From the NCBI RefSeq assembly GCF_036321535.1, contig NC_087437.1, positions 68,512,001 to 68,576,000 on the forward strand: DNA of 64,000 nt, given 5' to 3'. Origin of the DNA: Camelus dromedarius (Eukaryota). The notes under the pieces were generated by a model. The model had not been told where the DNA came from and ran no database searches. It saw only the letters and a program-made list of their open reading frames with translations. The translations under genes and the position numbers were made by a program. Shown here in pieces: positions 26,585 to 39,851 of this stretch; the first letter of the stretch is position 1, and each line of letters begins with the position of its first letter.

Positions 26585-27450
26585 TAAAAAGAAAATTACA
26601 ATATAGTTGATTTACAATGTTGTGTTAGTTTCTGGTGTACAGCAAAGTGATTCAGTTATACATATATTATATATATATATTCTTTTTCATATTCTTTTCC
26701 ATTATGGCTTATTACAAGATAATGAATACAGTTCCATGTGCAATAAGCCTTCTTGTTTATCTATTTTACATATAGTAGTTTGTATCTTTTAATCCCGAAC
26801 TCCTAATTTATCCCTCCCCACTCCCTTTCCCTTTCAGTAACCGTAAGTTTGTTTTCTATGTCTATGAGTCTGTTTCTGGTATGTAAATAAGTCCATTTGT
26901 ACCATAATTTAGATTCCTCATGTTAAGTGATAACATATGATAATTATCTTTGTCTGCCTAACTTACTTCACTTAGTATGATAATCTCTAGGTCTATCCAT
27001 GTTGCAAATGGCATTATTTCATTCTTTTTATGGCTGAGTAGTATTCCATTCCATTATTCCACAAATTCTGTATCCACTCATTTATCGGGACATTTAGGTT
27101 GCTTCCATGTCTTGGCTATTGTAAATAGTGCTGCTATGAGCATTGGGATGCATGTATCTTTTCAACTTACTGGATATATGCCCAGTGTGGGATTTCTGGG
27201 TCATATGGTAACTCTATTTTTAGTTTTTTTAAGGAACCTCCATATTGTTTGCCATAGTGGCTGCACCAATTTACATTCCCACCAGCAGTGTAGAAGAGTT
27301 TCCTTTTCTCCACACCCTCCTTAGCATTTATTATTTGTAGACATTTTAATGATGGCCATTCTTACTGGTCTGAAGGTGATACCTCATTGTAGTTTTGATT
27401 TGCATTTCTCTAGTAAAGAGCAATGTTAAGCACCTTTTCATGTGCCTATG
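26585..27450 (-). mobile_element. L1 3' fragment (artiodactyl type) with end of ORF2
   Basis: TAGTTGATTTACAATGTTGTGTTAGTTTCTGGTGTACAG..CATAGTGGCTGCACCAATTTACATTCCCACCAGCAGTG..TTGATTTGCATTTCTCT. Confidence 0.92.
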
Positions 27451-27634
27451 AGCCTCTTAATCAGGGATAACCACACTGTAATGGTTGGTGTTCCTTTCCA
27501 TGAGATAACACTCATAGTCCTTCTAGGAATGCTTCCCTATTTTTGTCAATAAGAATCATTTCTGTACTTCATCTTCATCCCAACCCACACCCTACTTATG
27601 ATGAGGGTTGTTAAGTTGGGGAAGGGGAGAAGAT

Positions 27635-27875
27635 TTTAACCTGGCAAGCGGATTTGGATTTGAATCTACTTACTAGCTATGCAATTGTAGAGCACTTATT
27701 TAACTTCTCGGAGCTTCAGATTCCTTATCTGCAAATAGTAACACCTATCTAAATGGCATTTATCCACAGGATGACATGAGGATTCAATAAGAGCACGTGT
27801 GTGGCTTGTGTAGTGCCTGGATTAGGGTAGACACATTAAAGACTGTAGTGCTGCTCTTACCATCATCGTTATTAT
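27635..27875 (+). mobile_element. MIR SINE
   Basis: CTACTTACTAGCTATG..TTAACTTCTCGGAGCTTCAG..CTTATCTGCAAA..GAGGATT. Confidence 0.7.
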
Positions 27876-29609
27876 TTGAGCTGCCTTCTCCCTATTCACC
27901 ATTCTCCCCAAGTACTGTGCCCTCCCTGGTTGCACTTCATCTGCTTTGCCCCCTTCCTCTGCCCTCTAGACATCTGCCACCTCCACCAGCACCTCAGGCA
28001 CTTTCCAGACCTCAGTCTTCATGCAGCTCACGCTTTTGTTTCCCGTGATGCCTTCTGTTATGGCATCTTTAATCTCATGAGGAATGCTAAGTGTGCTATA
28101 AATCCTTGTAACCAAACCATGAGGCAGACTGACTTGATTATAAAGCACATTACAGGGAGAAGCAAGGTCTTTATCATTATTTTCTTCATATCAAATATTT
28201 ACTGAATTTGTGTTATATATTAGATACTCAGAAAACATAACCCATAACACCGACATTGCCATTGCCCCCAGAAGCATCTATTGTAAACACGAGTCTCCTA
28301 AGTCTCACATCATTGAGTTGAGTGTCCCTTTCTTGCCACTCCACCCACATACCCAATAAAACAGCTTCATAAAAAAAAAACAAAAAAAAACCCAACCTGG
28401 ATTGGGTAAATAATTTCTGGGAAATTTGTTTTATAACTATTTATTTATACCCCGTTCATGCTGAATTATTTTTATTAGACAGACTATATATGAAATTAAT
28501 GAAACTGTTGCTGAGTTGTGAAAGTAGACTTCCCACATGGCAATTTCTTTTCTTCTTTCAGCATTCCCTAGACTACTAGATTGCATTTTTCTGTCCTTTG
28601 CTACATTTCAGGGTTAACAATCAACTCCCCCCTAGGCTTCTCTCTATTTCATTCCCTTCCACAATGATTTTTTTTTCATAAACTCTCTTAGAGTCTGTTT
28701 GTTTTGAAATGTATCATTGCCCTCTGCCATCTTCCACTCCATTTCCCTCAGGTTTCCATTTCATGTTCTAGTTTGTCTTACTTGGATTTTCTCTGTGGGT
28801 TCCTATTCCTGTCCAGTGCAGTTTCCCCACTGGGCTGTGCCATCTCGCATTCTCCTTCCCTGCAGCTCTTTCAGTATTCAGTGTCCGAATCATAATGACA
28901 TAATGTGCTTTAAAGATCTCTGTAAAGTACAATAGGTTACCCAAACGTTATTTGCTATTTTACTGTTCTATCTTGGAGAGGAGCAGGGTGAGAGACAGGA
29001 AATAAACAGTCAAATGAATAGGTGCATCTTTGGGGAAGGGAAATAAAAGGATTACAGATAGATTCAATGGCTTGATAGGAGTAAATGCAAAGTCTCCAAA
29101 TAAGTTGTTATAAAGAGTGAATGAGATTTCCAAGCTGACTGATACAGATTTTAAGAAGGTTTCAGAAGTACATATATATGGACTTTAAAGTAGCTGATGG
29201 GCACCAAATTGGTCTACTTAATGATAATTGATATGAAGAAAAATATAAATCCTAACAATGATAAACATGATGAATTCTAAACCTCCACTACAGAAACAGG
29301 AGGAACTTAGTAATTCTAAGTCGGTAGTATGAACCCAATGTGTTTCTATAGCCAAGAAAGACACATGGATGGGCACCACTAGAAAAGCTGCAACAAACCA
29401 ATAGAAGTGGATCTATGCCGATCTTGTTGCCAAAACACATGATGCACTTAATCAAGCTAGTGAGACTGGCACTGCTGAATTTTACAGGAGAGTAAAGAAA
29501 CAAACCCAAATGAAAACAGATTTTATTTGTTTGTTTGTTTAGGAAGTCAAACACTGAAATGGATTTTAATATAAGCAAATGAGATCAGTAAGTCTATACA
29601 TATATTTTT

Positions 29610-29800
29610 TTAAAGTGTGTTCTATGAAGCACTAGTTCTACCAGTAGTTAATGACTAATTTGTGGAAATTAGAATTGCAACTTGGGTGAGTTAGGACAGG
29701 ACTTCTCAGAGGGTTCTATATTTCTAGTGTTTATTTTAAAACTATAAGAAACATGTGATGTGCTTAGTTTCCCAATGTTAATTGATCATAGAATCCTTTC
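29610..29800. mobile_element. Old hAT-Charlie-type DNA transposon remnant
   Basis: AAAGTGTGTTCTATGAAGCACTAGTTC..CAGGACTTCTCAGAG..TTTCCCAA..TTGATCATAGAATC; shares motifs with the 61.2-61.5 kb element. Confidence 0.45.
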
Positions 29801-31189
29801 CTTATGACTGGGTCATTTTACAAGACTAGAATTCAACTGACAGTCTTCAGGAAATAGTATCTCAGGGACACCACTTCAAGTAGGAAGAGGAAATGTCTAG
29901 ACTCACTCTGATACCCCAAAGTGATAAAAACAAAAACATTATTTAAATTCAAGGAAGCTTGTGTTAAATGTTGGTAAGATCTAGCCATGAGGAAATAGAA
30001 ACTGCTAAGGTACACGTTAATCTTCTTGAAGTTTTTAACAAAGGTTAATTGACTTTTCAAACATGCCAATTAGAAAAACTAGTAAAGTGAGCCATAGGGT
30101 AAATATTTATTTTCTATTATTTTTACTTAAAGTGTCTGAAGCTAGGCCTCTCAAATTGGAGATCTGCATAATTCAAGAATAAACACTATACAGTTTTTTT
30201 TTTCTTTGATAGCAATTTAAAATCTTATTCTTGGTATAAGAACAAAATTAAAGTCAGATATTATCCTGAAAAATAATATGCATTTTACAAAAATTTTAAA
30301 GATGAAATATCACATTAGAGAAAAGTTAAAGGTTTGGTGGATAGTGGACCCAAATTCCTGGGAGAACAGTGCATTTCTCTTATGTCACAGGTTTTCTTTG
30401 GTGCTAAAATTTGAGATGCATTGGCCTAGAGTAATGAATTAACACCTGGAAATACTAAAAGCAATTTTAAAATATTTTGAATAGAAAGTATGGACAAAAT
30501 GTGTTCTTTTAGTAAGTTTCCAGTGTCTCTGACTTACTGGCAAGCTCCACATGGGAAAGCTGATGGAGATAAACTACCCAAGATCTCTAGGAGAAGTGTT
30601 TTTTCAGTGAACTTAAACTGAACTGCATTGATTCACACGATCATGGGATCTGCTTTAAATATTAGAAAAAGGAATGAGATGTTCTGCTTGATATTATCGT
30701 GTCTCCAATGTGAACTTCATTCAGATTTAATGCAATTACTCTGTGTTGATTAAATCTCAAACTGTTATTAAAAAACTGAGTTATGAGGTTTACCATTTAT
30801 ATAACAAGTTTGGCCCTCTACATTGCACCATAAACCTTAATCATTATGCTGGCAATAATCACTTTGTGGTTATTTAACATAAATAATTACCTCGGCTACT
30901 AAAATGAGATAATGCAGTGTTACACTGTCCCCACATCTGGTAGGATAGCGCTGCTATTTCTTCTTGAATTACTTAACTCTTAGCATGCAGGCCTTTTCTT
31001 TGCTCTCATCTAGTGAATGTTAAATAAAATAATGTTATTGTTCTGACTGTAGTATTTCTAAATCTCTATCTAGCACACTTTAATGTTATGAAGCTGTGCT
31101 TTTGAAGACTGCTATTCAGCTCCTAAGATGTTCTTCTTTATCATGGGATTGGGATTTACCAACACACATGGATCCCTTTGTCCCCCATT

Positions 31190-31702
31190 GTCTTTTATTG
31201 AAGTATAGTAAGTTTACAATGTTGTGTCAATTTCTGGCATACAGCATCATGTTTCAGTTGTAAATGTACGTACATTTATTCCTTTTCTTACTCTTTTTCA
31301 TTATAAGTTACTATAAGATACTGAATATATTTCCCTGTGCTATACAGAAGAAACTTGTTTATCTATTTTATATATAGTAGTTAGTCTGCAAGTCTCAAAC
31401 TCCCAGTTTATCCCTTCTCACCCTCTTTCCTCCCAGTAACCATAAGTTTGTCTTCTATGTCTGTGAGCCTGTTTCTGTTTTTTAAATAAGTTGGTTTGTG
31501 TCTTTTTTTTTTTTTTTGATTCCATATGTAAGGGATATCATATGGTATTTTTCTTTCTCTTTCTCGCTCACTTCACTTAGAATGATGATATCCAGGTTCA
31601 TCCATGTTGCTGCAAAAGGCATTATTTTATTCTTTTTTATGGCTGAGTTGTAGTCCATTGTATAAATATACCACAGATTCTTTATCCAGTCATCCTTTAA
31701 TG
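31190..31702 (-). mobile_element. L1 3' fragment (artiodactyl type)
   Basis: TTTTATTGAAGTATAG..TTTACAATGTTGTGTC..CCAGGTTCATCCATGTTGCTGCAAA; homologous to the 26.6 kb copy. Confidence 0.92.
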
Positions 31703-32289
31703 GTACAGAATCAGAATTTGGAAGCTAGCTCTTTTGTCATCTTGGTTATAAATTTACCTCTTATTTCCCATGACTTTCCTAGGAATTAAAAATAAACATC
31801 CTATTAGTATGCTGGGGTTTTTTTTTTTTCCTTTTTCCTTTGTTTTTGTTTCAGGTGAATGCATACTTAGGTAACAAGCATTTGTGGGGATTTTTAAGGA
31901 ATTCTCCTTGGTCTTAACTGTGGCAAGAAGTGAAAAAAGTTGAGAATGCAGACCCTTGGCCTCATGGAATTTTCCATCTAGGTTGTAGACACCCATTTCT
32001 TACCTTCTGAATCATAGTATAAAATTAACAGGAAACAATGCCTATTTTTGCTCATCTCATTCTCAACCATAAATCACAGTTATAATTCTAACTTTTGAGA
32101 ATATTTTAGCTTAAGAAACTTTAATGTTTTACATTTGACTCTAAACTGTTTTCGATGTCAGGTCATACTTTGAACTCAAGTCCCTTCACGTGGCTCCTTC
32201 TTCTCTCTTAGAAAATGGAGACTTTCCTTCCGGGATGCAGTGGGGTCCATGGATGCTTAGGATTTCTGTTCTTGCCACTGTTACATTTT

Positions 32290-32510
32290 GGCACACAATG
32301 AGCTAGAGTTTGAAGGGTACCCTGCTACTCACTTATTTACATGGCTTTGGGAAGCTTGTTGAAGTGCATTGAGCACTGGTTTCTCATCTGCAAAATGTGT
32401 ATAGCATTACCTACTTTGGAGAGTTGATGGAAAGATTTGAGATTAATGCACATCAACCACCAAGCATGGTGGCTTGCACATTGGTGTTGCTCATTAAATG
32501 ACAGCTGTTT
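32290..32510 (+). mobile_element. MIR SINE remnant
   Basis: GTTTCTCATCTGCAAAATG..TACCTAC..GAGATTAATGCA..GCTCATTAAATG. Confidence 0.65.
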
Positions 32511-34966
32511 TATCCATAATTGATGATGGATTTACTCTATAGGTAACCTATGGGGATACAATGACTTGTGTACATAAACAACTTGTCAGGATACACATTG
32601 GTTGTCCATTTGTCTTAGATTATTGCATGAGAAATCATTGAAGAGTGGCACACATGGTACCACCTCACCGCCCTGTCCCCACTGCAGGTGTTTGCAATCA
32701 GTCACAGTGAGCACAAATATAGCCTCATAATTTTTCCCACAACTGTATTCCAGGCAGCTACTACTAATCAACTGCTATCGATATGCAAGATAAATCCTAC
32801 TCGCCATCTAATAGCTAAGCAGTGAATTTAGGCAGATAGGACACAGTGTATTTGAGAAATGGGAGCCATGCAAAGGTACTTTGGTTAGAAGTACAGAAGA
32901 CGGATGCTGGAACCCACTCAAGGATGGTGAGAGAGTGGCTAGGGTAAGCTGGAGCTCAGAACATGGGTACCAGTGGGCCACGTTGGACAGTATATAAGTA
33001 AATGTCCACTCTAGATATTGTGCTCAAACACCAGTCACAGCCAACTCACTTCAAAGGGAAGTGAAGTGTATAGCAATTCACTCATTTACTTCTTTTTGGC
33101 AACCTATCTCAAAGCAGGAAAAAACAAGTGAGAAAACAAGAGAGAAAAAAAAGAAAAAAATTGATTAATTTCTTCAAAGGCAAAGTTCAGATGAAACTGA
33201 CATTGATTTAAAGTATGAGTCTGTGCAGATTCACTGTCTCTAATTCCCAGATTCCAGTACTGCCAGACCCTAGGCTGTGCCCTGGCGTAGCTCTCTCTTG
33301 GAGCTGGACAGAGTTAACATGAGATAATCCTCCTCCACGGGGCCTGGGGAGGTTTATAGCACATGTTTTAGGTTTGATAAAGTCACACTCTTTTCTGTAA
33401 GGTGAAGTCTTCTTGTCTTTACTATGGACTCACACACAGTGAATTTCTAAGCCCAAACTCATAACCGTTTACAAGATGCTGCAAGAGATCAAAGGAGCAA
33501 TGTTGCAGATAAGAAGGGAAAGCCCTCACCTCTGTGGTAGTCTCTAAGCCTCTCAGACCCAGTCAAATATCCATTCCCTTGCAGCTGATCAGATAGCAGG
33601 AGTTAAGGTTCATGAACATGCCAAGTAGAACATCAAAGCGATACCTCACTGGCTGCTCTAAGACCAGTGAGCTTTGACTGTGGAATTTGCTGGGCTACAC
33701 TCTCTCTCCCTCAATTTTGTAATAGATCAGCTGGTGGTATAATATCACTCTTTACATGCCTGAGACCCCAGACTTTAGTAACAAAAGACCCTAAAGGGGC
33801 TTGGTCTGATCTGGCTGTCAAGACTCAAGGAAGCTGTGGCGTGGATGGCTATACGTGAGTCAGACCCAGGTTTTGGCCATTGTGAAATAAGGATCCTGAT
33901 AGCTTCACTGAGGGCTAGATTGTTTTATTTTGGATGAAATGGTAGTCATATACAATGCATCTATTCTAACAGATTTGGATTGTATATAGGAAAGCAGCAG
34001 TAGGTATAGCTGTGAATAATCTTGGAATGTTAGGATTTTTATAGATGCCTAGGAATTTAAAGCAAACATTTTATATTTCCTCTTGAATTTGTTGATTTCC
34101 AACTTAGGCCAGCTTGAGGGGATAATGAGGTCAGCAAAATATGGTAGAGGATATTACTTTTTAAATTTGTCTGATAAATAAGCACTCTGTTCTTTATGAT
34201 TTAGACCATACCTATGTGGGTTAAGGGTCAAGTCAGGGTAGAGATAAATGGGGCTGGTCAAAATTGTGCTGTATTTCCCTTATAATGAATATTAAAGAGA
34301 ATGTAAGTATTTTGCTTAAAGAAGACTCAGGGTGGATACCTATTTAAGAATAGTTAAAAGTTGTACCAAATGAGAAAGTAGATACTTTACATGGAAGAAC
34401 TATTGCCCACCAGAGATAATTTCTAGGAAACAAATTTTGTCTAAGAGGGAGGAAGAATATTCTAAGTCAAATGAAGAATAAAATGATGCTTCCTGGCTTA
34501 CAAGGTAGTAAACTTGTTTTTAATACAAGTGATCAACTAGAGATTACATGACCATCTGTCAGAAACATTCTAAATTGTTACTGTTTCCTAATAATGATAG
34601 GTGTCTTAGAATAAATAAATACAATAAAAATTCAATACATGCGAGTAAATTGCCATCCTGTTTTGAACCCAGAATAGGATACTGTGAAGGAGACTTAAGT
34701 TTAATACTGCACATGCTGGAATATATAGGGAACTTGCTGTTGGTGAATTGAAACTAGAGAATTAAAGTTGGGCTAAAGGGACAAGCAGAGAGAAAGGAAG
34801 AATTAAGGAGCTTCGGCTGTTTTCCAGAGTTGGTGGTAAGTGATGGAACATCCCTGCCAGTCAGTGGGGAGTTGTTGCCAGCTGGCATAGCAAAGGATTT
34901 GGGAGCAGAGTGGTCCAACAGGAAAAGGAATCCTAAAGTTTCTTTCTGTGTTCTAAGCAGTGCATA

Positions 34967-34990
34967 TGTGTGTGTGTGTGTGTGTGTGTG
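34967..34990. repeat. (TG)n microsatellite
   Basis: Seen directly. Confidence 0.95.
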
Positions 34991-35594
34991 AAGACAGTGA
35001 AAGTAACTTCTAAAAAAGGAGACGCAAAGGAAATAGCGAAAGAAGGTAATTCAGAGCTAACAAAGGAGAGGATCAACAACAAAAATGGAGGCCAAAAATG
35101 ATAAGAAAACAAATCTGAGAAGCGAATAGGATACACATGGAAAGGAGCCGTGATAAGGAAGCCAAATCTGCTCTAGCTTGAGTGGCAGAAGAAAAAATGC
35201 AAACTGTGACTGGATTCGGCAATGCCATCTATTTCAGCTCGTTTGAGAAGCAGCTATGCTGGGACTCAGCTGCAATGTTTACTCAGCAAGTTTGCCCTTG
35301 GTTTATTTATCAGTCCTGATCTAGACTGACTTAGGAAGTAAGATGCTTGACTTTGCCCCTCCCCTTCCTCTTTTGGAGGCAAACAACAGCTCAGAAAAAG
35401 TCTCTATCAAGAGCCCCTCCCTCACCCAGGACCTGTCTGTTCTGAGGCTGCACCTCCACTAGGGGTCCCATGATCCAGATCCCAGCAAGCCACTTTCCTT
35501 CAGCTAGTGTGCCCTCGGACATGCTGTTCTTGACTTGTGCTCCACGACTGAATGTTACTAGAGAAATGTCTCATTCTTACTAAACAGGCACTTA

Positions 35595-35662
35595 ATTTTT
35601 TTTTTAACAGATAGAGTTGACATACATTATGTTAGTTTCAGGTGTACTACATAACAATTTAA
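35595..35662 (-). mobile_element. Very short L1 3' terminus
   Basis: Poly-T then GTTGACATACATTATGTTAGTTTCAGGTGTAC. Confidence 0.7.
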
Positions 35663-38600
35663 CACCGAACAGGTATTTTATCTTTCAAATGTTACTGTGA
35701 TAAATTATGCACATGCTGAGACCAGGTTAGGCACGTCTTCACATTCTTCCTTTACCAACCAGTTGGACACAGATTTTCCATATAAACATGCCATATCTTT
35801 TGTTGCCCAAGCCAGAGTAAGTGCTTTAACCATGGACATCTAATCCAGTCAAAATGAAGTTTGAAAGGATTTGGGAGAGAGGAGTATGAGTCTTTGTCAC
35901 AATAGGATCTAAAAAAATTGCCATCTGTCTTCCTAAATACACCTTATCTAGTGTAATATAACCTACTCAAGCATTAGAATACACATATGAGTGTTTTTCT
36001 TTTTTTCGTTCTTTTTTTTTTTTTTTTTTTGCAACAACAGAGAATTATGAAAAGGCTATTAAAGGTCTAATACTTTGAGTTTTCAGGTCTCCTCTGTGTC
36101 ATGTACATTCTGGTGCATGACTTAATTTTAAAATGGGAGAAAAAGAAAAATTATTGCTAGCATTATGGTGTTGAATAAGGTTTATAATAGCAATAATCCC
36201 CCATGAAAACAGTTGTTATCATACTTAATGCCCATTTTGTCAGTGTGTTAACCTTCCCTGGCTCTGCTTCGGGCCATTAAATGGCCAGCCATTTGTTAAG
36301 CACCCCAGAGCAAGCAATTTCTGGGGGAATATTGCTGAGCTCATTTGCTAAGTGAAGCACCTGAGAAGACAGTGATAAACTCTACACCAGGTTCATGCAC
36401 ACACACATCCTTATACGTACTTTTCCTAAGACCTTCCTTTAAGAATATTCTGCCCTGTAATTACTTCCAGGCCAGTCAGAGCCCTGTGGTATCCATTGTT
36501 ACTAACCCTGACCATGCCAAGTTTGGGCTCTCAGACACCCAATCTAGCTATTTCCTGCCGTTCTTTCCCATGTCCAATTGGTATCTGTGTTTAAAGTGTT
36601 TGATAATTTTAACTCTGATTCTTAAGAATATACCTTTAAAAGGCTCAAAGAACATAACTAAAAAACAAAATTAAAATAATGTTATTTGAAAGCAAGAGAA
36701 AAACAGGGAAGGGAAGGGATAAGCTATCTCTAACCTCCAGGAGCATCTGCCCCTCAAATGGACACACCTTTCTGCGTTTATTCAGTTATTAGATACATTC
36801 AGTGCTTTCTACAGATACGAAGTTAGTGTGATTAGTAGTCCCAACGAGGGGTGAAGAAACAGAATTTGAACTCGGGCTATTTGGCTTCAGATCAAAGCTT
36901 TTCATTATCATGATAAAACATAGAGATCTTCAATTCAAACCAAAACAGGCAAGATTTTTAAAAATACGGATTCCTATCTCATTTGCCCTATGTGTTAATT
37001 CTGTACCAAACCAGACATTGGTGATTGGCTACTAATATTTGTTAAGGTCAACTATTTATTATTGTCCAGGGAATCTCTGTCAAATAAATCTTCTTCAAGT
37101 ATGACCTGGTTTTCAAAGTCACAACAAAGCAGAATTCCAAAGCCTAAATACTGATCAAGATATTATAATAGATTGTATTAAAATTTGTTGTTTTGGGTTT
37201 TTTTTTTACATTAGAGTTGACTTTATACTGTGTTACTATGGACTGTCATTTGGTCCAGACTTGTAAATCTCTAATTTTGAACACAATTTATCTAATTAGT
37301 CAAAGGTAGTTGCAACTATCTTCAATTACTTTCCATCAGGGAAGAGTTATTTCAGCCGAATCTCATTTCAGTGAAGAATAATACAGGTACGTTACACAAG
37401 TTTTGACACAATTAGCCATTTCATTAATGAAATAATTGAACCTCCTTAATCAAAGGGGGAACTTCTTCCTTAAAGCTTAGTTTGAAGAATCAAATGGGCA
37501 TAACAGTAGGAGGTACAAAGATTGGTTCAGAAGAGACAGGAAAGATTTTAATGAGGGAGAGATCTTTTCTCATTAAACTTCTAATTTGGTAAGGCTATAT
37601 TCTATTTTTAATTTTTACTTCCTATCGTCGTTTTCACCACAGTTAATACTGTTAACTGCTAATATCAGATGAGTACCATACATAATGCATGCAAGGCCAT
37701 CTCAAAGGACCAGCAAAAGAACTGTAGATTGTTTGCCAGGATTATGATCAGTCTTTGATTTCTTGTATTGACAGAGAGAAGCCTGAGAGCAAATTCTGTA
37801 AATTCAGGGATGATCCTAGACTCTCCATTAGGCATTGCCGTCAACTAACTGTCTTAGCAATCCAGGATTTTCAAAGTAGGAGAGCTCAATTAGGATTGAA
37901 AGTACCATACTCGATTTCCCCTCAAATACTAAAATTTACACAAGAACTGGTTTCAAGATATGAGCAAATCACGCTCACTCTTTTCCAAGCACTTGAAATG
38001 CAGTAATATTCTAGTGGAAGAAATAGGAGGCTGGTTCATTAGCATTTGCTTATCAATTATCTACATAAATGGCTCTCTTTATCATGGCTTTGTGGTTCGG
38101 GCTTTTTCTCACTTACTGGCTGGCAGAAAGCCATAGAAATCTTGGTGGTGTTCTCAGGTTAAGGAGAGTTTCCTGCCTCTGCATTATTTGGTATTCTATA
38201 GCATCAAGGATTTTGAGCAATAAAACCATAAACAGGTGTCCGGTGTGATGATAAGTATGACTGGGACATTAGATTTCTGCAAATTTAGTAACATAAACAT
38301 ATGCTATTCCCTGTTAGACAAAAATGATGATGTGATTTCTTCATTCTTGCTAGCTTTCAGCGAATATGTCAAGATGAGTTGTAAGATGTCTACAGATAAT
38401 GTGGTCTAAGGATAAGGTATCAAAACTTACAGATTTTTCATTTATTAGAACAGATTTAAAATAATCCTTATAAGAATGCCATGTTTAAATTTTTATGTTA
38501 TAATCCTTTGTATTACGTGGGAAAGTGGTAGAAAGGCCTAATGTCCAAAAGGGCAGAGAATTCTTGGTGTGTTCTTCAGAAAGTGTCTTATGTAGTGAAG

Positions 38601-39724
38601 TGTTGCCATCTGTCTTGTATGGCCGGACTGAACAGTGTCAACATTTGCCTTAAGGAGGACCCAGGGAGGGAGCTGGGATGCAGTGGGTGGGCCTGATGGG
38701 ACCTTGACATTATAGACAAACAGGCCCAGAGTCAGGGCTGTCTGTGGAAGTGTAGTGGGGGGGGTTCTCCTCTTTGTCCTTTCTTGTTCTCTTTCATATC
38801 TGCTCTGGGATGTTAATTGTGACTAAAATGTCCTCACCGTGGCAGTGTGAATATGAAGTGGCAAAGTCTGAGTTTAAACTCCAAGCCTGTACATGCACTC
38901 AGAAGAGACGGATGTCACCTAAAGTAATCACACACTGGAAGGAAGAAGGCCCATTGTCCAAGGGAGAGGAGATCATTAACACTCCTCAGAACAGAGTCTG
39001 AGAGCAAAGATGACATCTGCGGGGTGTCTGGGCACCAGCCGAATGCGCACAGGCCCTGAACCGAGCCAGGCCAGGACTGAGCTGAGTTGTGGGAGGGAGC
39101 CTGCACTTTCCTGGGAAGGGAGGTGACCAAGGGTTGCAGCTCTCCTTGCGGGGCTTGGAGTCTGCAGAGGGGACTGTACTGAAAACTGATTTTGGCTTGA
39201 GCATGTGGGCACTTTTCTCTTGTCCCTTCGTCCCTGTGGTGACCTCCCCACAGCTTGCAGTCTTTCTACATGGCTTTCTTGCCGCACTTTGGGTTTCAGA
39301 GTTTTTTAAAGGATAATTTATAAAAGCCTGAAACAGCAACAGCTATCCCCTTTGTCCTTCTCCTCATCAAATTCTCAGTTGTTTACACTAAAAGCAGCAG
39401 CATTGGTGTGCAAAGCTAGAAAACTCAGATAGCAATACCAGTGGGCTCCAGCCTTCAGTGTCCTCAGCAGAGCCACCCTGACAGCATCCCCTCCCTTCCT
39501 GTGGCTCATTTATACATGCATGTAAGTATACATATATATGTATGCATATGTATGTGTGTGTGCATACAGATGCGTAACTTCTGTGTGATACACCTAGTAC
39601 TCCGATAGACTTGTCATTCCATTTTTACTAGCGTCCTGAATCAAAATAAGGACACTGCAGTTTGAACCCTGGTCTCTCTGACTCCAAAGGCAAAGCTCTT
39701 TCCTTCAGTGTATTACCTGCTCAG

Positions 39725-39760
<36 letters not shown>

Positions 39761-39817
39761 CTCCCCAGGCATTATATCTGTGTTTACAAAAGTAGTAGTG
39801 TTCTGGACCAAAAAGGG

Positions 39818-39848
<31 letters not shown>
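39725..39848 (+). repeat. Two long poly(A) tracts (about 34 and 31 nt)
   Basis: 39725-39758 and 39818-39848, seen directly. Confidence 0.95.

Positions 39849-39851
<3 letters not shown>

Noticed and set aside
26977..27324. 115-aa ORF
   Set aside because: Antisense reading of an L1 3' fragment; a typical repeat-derived spurious ORF.
38900..39340. GC-richer stretch with several overlapping ORFs
   Set aside because: Too few CpGs for an island, no recognisable protein; longer ORFs are expected at higher GC.
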